Below the pieces are notes generated by a model. It was not told the DNA's origin. It worked only from the letters and a program-made list of their open reading frames with translations, and did not search any database. From positions 2,232,001 through 2,296,000 of the forward strand of contig CATNEN010000007.1 of NCBI GenBank assembly GCA_950097015.1: a stretch of 64,000 nt of DNA, given 5' to 3'. The translations under genes and the position numbers were made by a program. Every line of letters starts with the position of its first letter. The stretch's first letter is position 1. Shown here one piece after another: positions 58,327-64,000 of this stretch. This stretch comes from Macrostomum hystrix (taxonomy: Eukaryota > Animalia > Platyhelminthes).

Positions 58327-61300
58327 TTATTTTGTCTCGTAAAAACTTACAACACTGCTTCCATCAGGTAGTAAAGAAATTAAGGCTGGGTTTCTTGTAA
58401 GCTGTGGCGGCCTGTGTCGCGGTGCCTCCTCTTGAGTAGCATGTGGCTTCGGTGTTTTTGGCGATGTAGTTTGAGGCGGCGGCGGCGGCGGGGGCGGTGG
58501 GGGCGTCGGTGGTGACAGTGCAGGCGGTATCGGTTGTGGCGTTGGTATCGGTGGTGGCGTTGGTATCGGTGGTGGCGTTGGTATCGGTGGTGGTGTTGGT
58601 ATCGGTGGTGGTGTTGGTATCGGTGGTGGCGTTGGTATCGGTGGTGGCGTTGGTATCGGTGGTGGCGTTGTTATTGGTGGTGGCGGCGGTATCGGTGGTG
58701 GCTGCGCAAAATGCTGAGGTTGCTGCGTTGGGGGTGCCGATGTCAGTGGCTCTAGCAGAGGCTGTGATGGTGGGGTTGAATGTGGTGTGGACTGCGAAAA
58801 CAGTTGTGTCATAAAAAAATGTTCTGCATGTGGCGGCGGCGGTGGCGGCGGCGGTGGCGGCGGCGGTGGCGGCGGCGGTGGCGGTGGTAACTGTGCCAGT
58901 CTTGATGCGTGAACGATTGATGGTGGTGGATGAGGATAAACTTGAGGTTTTCTAACAATTCCAATTTGAAGTTTTTTTAGCGAGAACACAGTAATCACTA
59001 TGATGATGCCAATAGTCACAGTGACTGCAACTGCCGCAATAGTAGCGAATAGCCACGTATCAAGGCCTAAAATCTTGTTGAAGGTCGAACTGCTATCACT
59101 GCTGCTTGATGTAGCTGCGAAAATCGTTCGTGATGATGACATGGGCCTTTTAGTTGACTGAGTGGTGCTGGTACTGCGTCCAAGACTATTTGTAAGCGGA
59201 GATGATGTAGTCCCTGTTGATGGCCCTGATGTGCGTTGGTTGGTTGTCGATTGTTGCGTTAGTTGGTGGGTCCCGAGGTGTCCCCGCGTGAGAGTGTGGG
59301 GTCAAGCCCCGAGAAGATGACTACCCGAAAACGGATATACTAGAGAAAATCAACAGCAAACGTAACGCGGGGGTCTCGGGGTTTCCTCTGGATTGTTACT
59401 GCGCGGTTCCGGGATGTCCCCCGGGTGGAGGTGATAGGGCGTGGCTGCCAGAATATGATTACTCGAATAGAATATACAGTTGTGATCAGTGTAAGGACAG
59501 TCGTTACACGATAGGCTCCGAAACAACATAGGAAACCCAAGTCTTCAATTAATGCGAGCTAGTTTAAGTTTTTATATATTGAGCTTTAGTTTCTCGATCC
59601 TAATTTTACTAACAAAAAATTACTATTCAAAGGCACCACCAGAATCAAATTTTGTAAATACCGACAGTCACACAGGAGCCCTAAAGTGTTCTAATGTCAT
59701 AAAACTATCCTAATATCATGCGATTGCACTGCCAACTCGATCTAGTTGATAGCTGCTCTCTCACCGAAACATGCCAGTGGAGAGGTGTCCGAGCCACCGC
59801 AGCCACTTAGCGCGCAATCCGGTGGCTGATAGCCGACGTTGCAAAAGCAGAGCTTGGCGCGGGTGAGTACACCGTTATTGTTGCAGTTCGGACACGTTGG
59901 ACAGTAGCGAACCATGCTCAGTGGTGTGCAGGTTGAGTTAATGCACATCTGAAGGGGTATGAGTTAGTTCTTGGATCGTGTTTGACAAGTCTCGTAGCAA
60001 TACAATTAAGTTTAACCTACCGAGCCATTTCCACACTTTGCTCCGTCAGGCACGAAACCAGGGTTGCGCATGCCCGACGATGAAAGATCGTGGAGTGGCT
60101 GTGAGTAGCAGATTATTCCATTACTAAAAGAGTATGTAGCCACTCCTGTAAAAGTTGTTCTGGGGCTTTCGTAGCAGAACAGAAGCCCGCACTCTGAGTT
60201 ACTGGTGGCATTGGACGACAAGGTGAAGAAAGTAGATAGTAAATGAGTAATTGATTTTCATTTTTACGACATTGAAGCAAACTGAGTGCATTAAGATATT
60301 CCAAACTTACGCAGCAGAGCAGGCTGTGTATGAATACGATCGGTTAAAACCGCTCCCAAGTACATAGCTTCCACCAATCAGTTGCTTATCGCAATGTCCG
60401 TAGAGGTCACCACGCACGTTGACAAAACTGTAGCAGTTTCTGTTACTAGTAGTTGCTGATGGAGAGAATATAAGTTGACACTGTGAATCCGTTGTCTTAC
60501 ACTGGCCATCGTAGCAGAAAGCCTGCAAGATTTTCGTAGCCAACCAGAATTACCCGACCCGTTCAACAGTCGCTTCTTATTTGCAAGGCAAATAAAACAT
60601 GCCATCATGTTTTATGACATAAAATTATTTACAAAATACAAAACATCAGCGCCTTTTAAGCGTGTGCAAAAAAAAATAAACCTTCGAAGCCTAGGGTCAA
60701 CCTGATCTGGAGGGCAGGACAATGCGACATCCTCAGTAACGAGCTTGTAAATCAGCTTGATAAAGATTGTAAAAATACATGGCCAATACTCGCGAAACTC
60801 GCAAAAAGGCTCAACATTCAGCACCAGACCCTCTGGAATAGCTGTGAAGACTACCGGAATGCCTGACTACAGACTACAGGCATTCCACTATGCCTGAAAT
60901 TTGTCGTTAAGTCTCTGATTACCGGTTTTCTCTCAACAGAACTGACTTCCGGGATCGGCAAGTTGACCACTGCAGAGAGGATCCGCGAGCTCCACGCCTT
61001 TATTAGGCACACCGGCCAGATGAAGATCGCCGCCCCAGCGAGCGAGCTTGCCTGTTGCTGCTGCCGTGGGTCGAGCGCATCCCCAAGGCTGAGCCACTTA
61101 TCTTTTACCTTGGGGTTTCATAAGCCTCGTGGCCTATTCGCGGCGTTCCGCCCCCGTCAGTAGTAGCTGAGTAGCTTAGTCGCATGCATGTAGCTCTGTC
61201 GCTCATACTGCCGAAAACCAACGATCAAACCATAAATATCAATAATAATTATTATGTCAGGTATTCGGGTAAGACCCGATCTCAGCTTGCTCAAGGGCGA

Positions 61301-63700
61301 GTGTTTAGGTATCAAGTTTCGACACTCTATAGTGTCACCTCTCAATAGTGACACTGTTGAGTATTGTCGAGTGCGATGCATTATATCCAGATGCGGTTCT
61401 CACAAAGATTGTAGATTGGTTAACTATAAAAATCAGCCGCTTTTCAGCTTGCCCTGTGTGTACTATCATTTTCTGACGCTTTATCCAAGACATTGTTTAC
61501 TAAATTGCAGCAGTCGCTCACCTGGCCAGAGGCGCAGTCCACACCATCGGCCATTTTGTCATCGCTGGGGCACCATTCGCTTGCACCGCTACAGGTCTCT
61601 GGCACATCGCACGGCCCACTGGCAGCTCGGCAAACTTCTCCACGGACCTTGAGAGTGCAATTGCCCGAGTCACAGCAAGGACCCGAGGCACAAGTGGCTC
61701 CTGTATTCAGGCGACACGTCCTGGCGTTGCAGCAGCTCGATGCACAAGTCTGCAGTCCCAGTGATAGTTGGGATTGGATGTACAAAGACACTTTATTTAT
61801 TATTTGAAGGTAGTCTCATTTAGAATCTATACTTCAGTGACAATGACGTGCTCGGGATCGTTCATGATAAAAAATATGAATCTTTAAATTCTGTGATTTG
61901 CTAAATGCTAAAGTTAGAAGAGCCCTAAATTATGTATTTTTAACCGCCCTACACTTTAACCTAAAATTTTACGCTTCAATTTTATGCAACGTAACACTGA
62001 TAAGAGGACCACCTCAGGTGGTCCGCAGTCGCACTCCTCCCCAGTTTCCAGGATACCATTGCCGCACTGCGAGTTGCGGCCAGTGTAGTAGGACTTCTCA
62101 GGGGCGTTCGCGAGACAGCTACGCCAGTCGGCCTTCATCTGTGACCTCCACGCATCCACAGTGCAGTTGGACCAGTCCAACACCCTCTGGCTGAAAGGGG
62201 CGAGTGACGACTTGAAGCTTCAGTCATAGTGCCAAACCTTGAATCATTTAGTGACGCTACTGGCCCACGGCATTTTTTAGCTCTTTATTGCGCAATACGA
62301 GCGAACCCATTCTACTGTAAAGTTTTGTTTCGAAATTTCTAATTCCGTTAGAAAAAGTAATGTTGAAAGGCGAAATAACCAAGAGTTAAGACTCACAGAC
62401 TGGCCCATGTTGCGTGTGAATTCATTATACAGAAGCCTCTTGTGCAAGCACAACCTGCCACGTCCTGAACATGGCGAAACCCCAAATTATGTCCAATCTC
62501 ATGAGCAAGAACCCATTCTGTATCGAACGATGACGAGTAAAGATCCTGTTATTTGTGAAGAGTTGACATTCATTTTGTCAGTTGGAGTGCCGCTTGAGGA
62601 ATGCTATACAATAAATTACTTCACTTACCGTAACAATCGCCGCGGAATATTGCTGCATGCACAGGCCATTTAACCACGCCAAGCCCAGAATTCCGCTGCT
62701 AGTTCGATTCCAGTGCATGGCACTGAAAAGACCGAATAATGCAATTTCAAGTGTGATTTCCGATTTTTCAAATCCAATAAAGACACATTGAGTATGATTA
62801 CTTGCCTCATCAAAACAATAGTATCGTGCTGGACATTTATTTGAAACATTTTATACAAAGTGAAACGATACAGTGTATCGTCTGGATTCGTTGACGATGG
62901 AAATACATCCGCAGACCAGACGATGATGTTTGTTAGTATTAGACTCAAGTTTAATCGTTTGTATATCTATTAGATTTAATATTCAAATGTAATTTGATCC
63001 TGATTTAGGGGTACTTTACACAAAGCAAACAGAAAATGAGACCTTCACCAACACTCACCCCGTTTGCATAGTTCGTGATCTGCATCACACGAGCAACTGC
63101 ATTTTCCTCACTACCTGTCTTATTTACCTGCAAAAAAATTTCATGTAAGATTTTTCATAACCAATGCACGGCAAATTTTACATTGACTAAGAAAAACTTG
63201 CGAAGCTCCGATCCACAACGATGACAAGCTCCAGCATCTTAGCGACAGAGGCGTCCTGAATGCCTCCTAGATTCAATGATCGCTTTCGACGGACAACTGG
63301 GTTCCTTAATTCTCGAAAGGAGCCACTCACATCCAGCTTAATATTACTCGGGTCTTCAGCGGGCATCTTATAGTGGCATCGGCTCTCGAAGTTGTCGATG
63401 CGCTTGAAGGTCTTGGCGACTGCAGGCTCTGTGCTGTTGCGTAAGCTAACCGCTCGGTACGAAGTTCCATTGTATGAGAATGTCAGTCTGCAAAGAATTC
63501 ACCAACAGAGAATGCGGATCTACAGCGTTCAATCGGCTGCAGATTCGTACCGAGTCACCATAGAGATACCTTAAGGACAACCCCGACCCTGAGTTCCATA
63601 GAACCCTGACAACCTTCCCACTCGGAAATCAGAAACATCTAGCGAGACGTTAAAGCTACAATGCCTAAAGTTTCTCATGAAAACAGTTATTTGCACAGAG
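58327..63700 (-). CDS. ADAM metalloprotease-disintegrin paralogue B (active-site motif intact; type I TM with polyproline cytoplasmic tail); 5' exons not resolved
   Basis: Prodomain ends in RRKR|S (63291-63280). HEIGHNLGFRH at 62503-62471 followed by CIMN. Disintegrin, Cys-rich and EGF exons are colinear with paralogue A. The last segment has an S/T stalk, TM WLFATIAAVAVTVTIGIIIVITVFSL and a Pro-rich tail ending at 58327. The acceptor of the last exon is uncertain (the frame is open from 59301). Confidence 0.87.
58520..58700 (-). repeat. Coding 18-bp tandem repeat giving (PPPIPT)n in the ADAM-B tail
   Basis: GGTATCGGTGGTGGCGTT units on +. About 8 repeats in the 58327-59142 ORF, flanked by (CCG/CCA)n polyproline runs. 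Confidence 0.9.
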
Positions 63701-64000
63701 TGCAGAGCAGAGATAGTTAATGAAATCCATTTTCTTTTCGATTGGAAACTTAATTTTTCTATATAATTCGTCACATAGCGACATTACGTAAAGTTTTTCT
63801 TGGGAAGGTGGGACGGTGGCAAACGTTATTTTTAGCATGCAGGCAACCTGAAAACCGAGCCGAAACCCGACCGATAACCTGAGCCCGAACATCCTTAACC
63901 CGAACCCTAAGCGGAAACCCGACTCAGAAACCCGAACACCCTTAGTGCAGGTACAATATCAAAGAGGTATCAGAAATTCTGTCTGGATGGTATGGATGAA

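Noticed and set aside
58497-58814. Hydrophobic VVALVS-repeat and WYRWWR-repeat ORFs on +
   Set aside because: They are antisense readings of the 18-bp coding repeat in the ADAM-B tail.

Overview
This is repeat-rich, intron-containing animal DNA, not prokaryotic. The GC-rich exons, short introns and transposon mix would fit a free-living flatworm such as Macrostomum, but that is inference only. Host genes: a cation-dependent mannose-6-phosphate-receptor-like gene (+, 14492-16374); a large signal-peptide-bearing protein with about 13 Sushi/CCP repeats (-, ~20700-29360); a UBE4B/Ufd2 U-box ubiquitin ligase (+, 34241-38458); and a cluster of ADAM metalloprotease-disintegrin paralogues (two near-complete genes on -, 48046-~52200 and 58327-~63700, plus an inverted two-exon remnant at 45737-46193). 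Mobile DNA: a Gypsy integrase end interrupted by a 5'-truncated RNase H LINE, a gag-less tyrosine-recombinase retroelement with split direct repeats (3826-7211), a decayed LOA-type LINE, a Crypton-like remnant, an RTE-like fragment, a mariner, two copies of a foldback/MITE and tRNA-derived SINE fragments. There are about ten unrelated minisatellite arrays. The most interesting observations: (i) both ADAM paralogues keep intact zinc-binding sites, yet one ends in a GPI-signal-like C-terminus and lacks a furin site, while the other has a furin site, a TM helix and a polyproline tail; (ii) the YR retroelement has intact RT/RNase H and recombinase but only a 15-codon in-frame leader where gag should be; (iii) the M6P receptor appears to have lost most of its sugar-binding residues. 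All exon coordinates were derived by hand from splice signals and reading-frame continuity.
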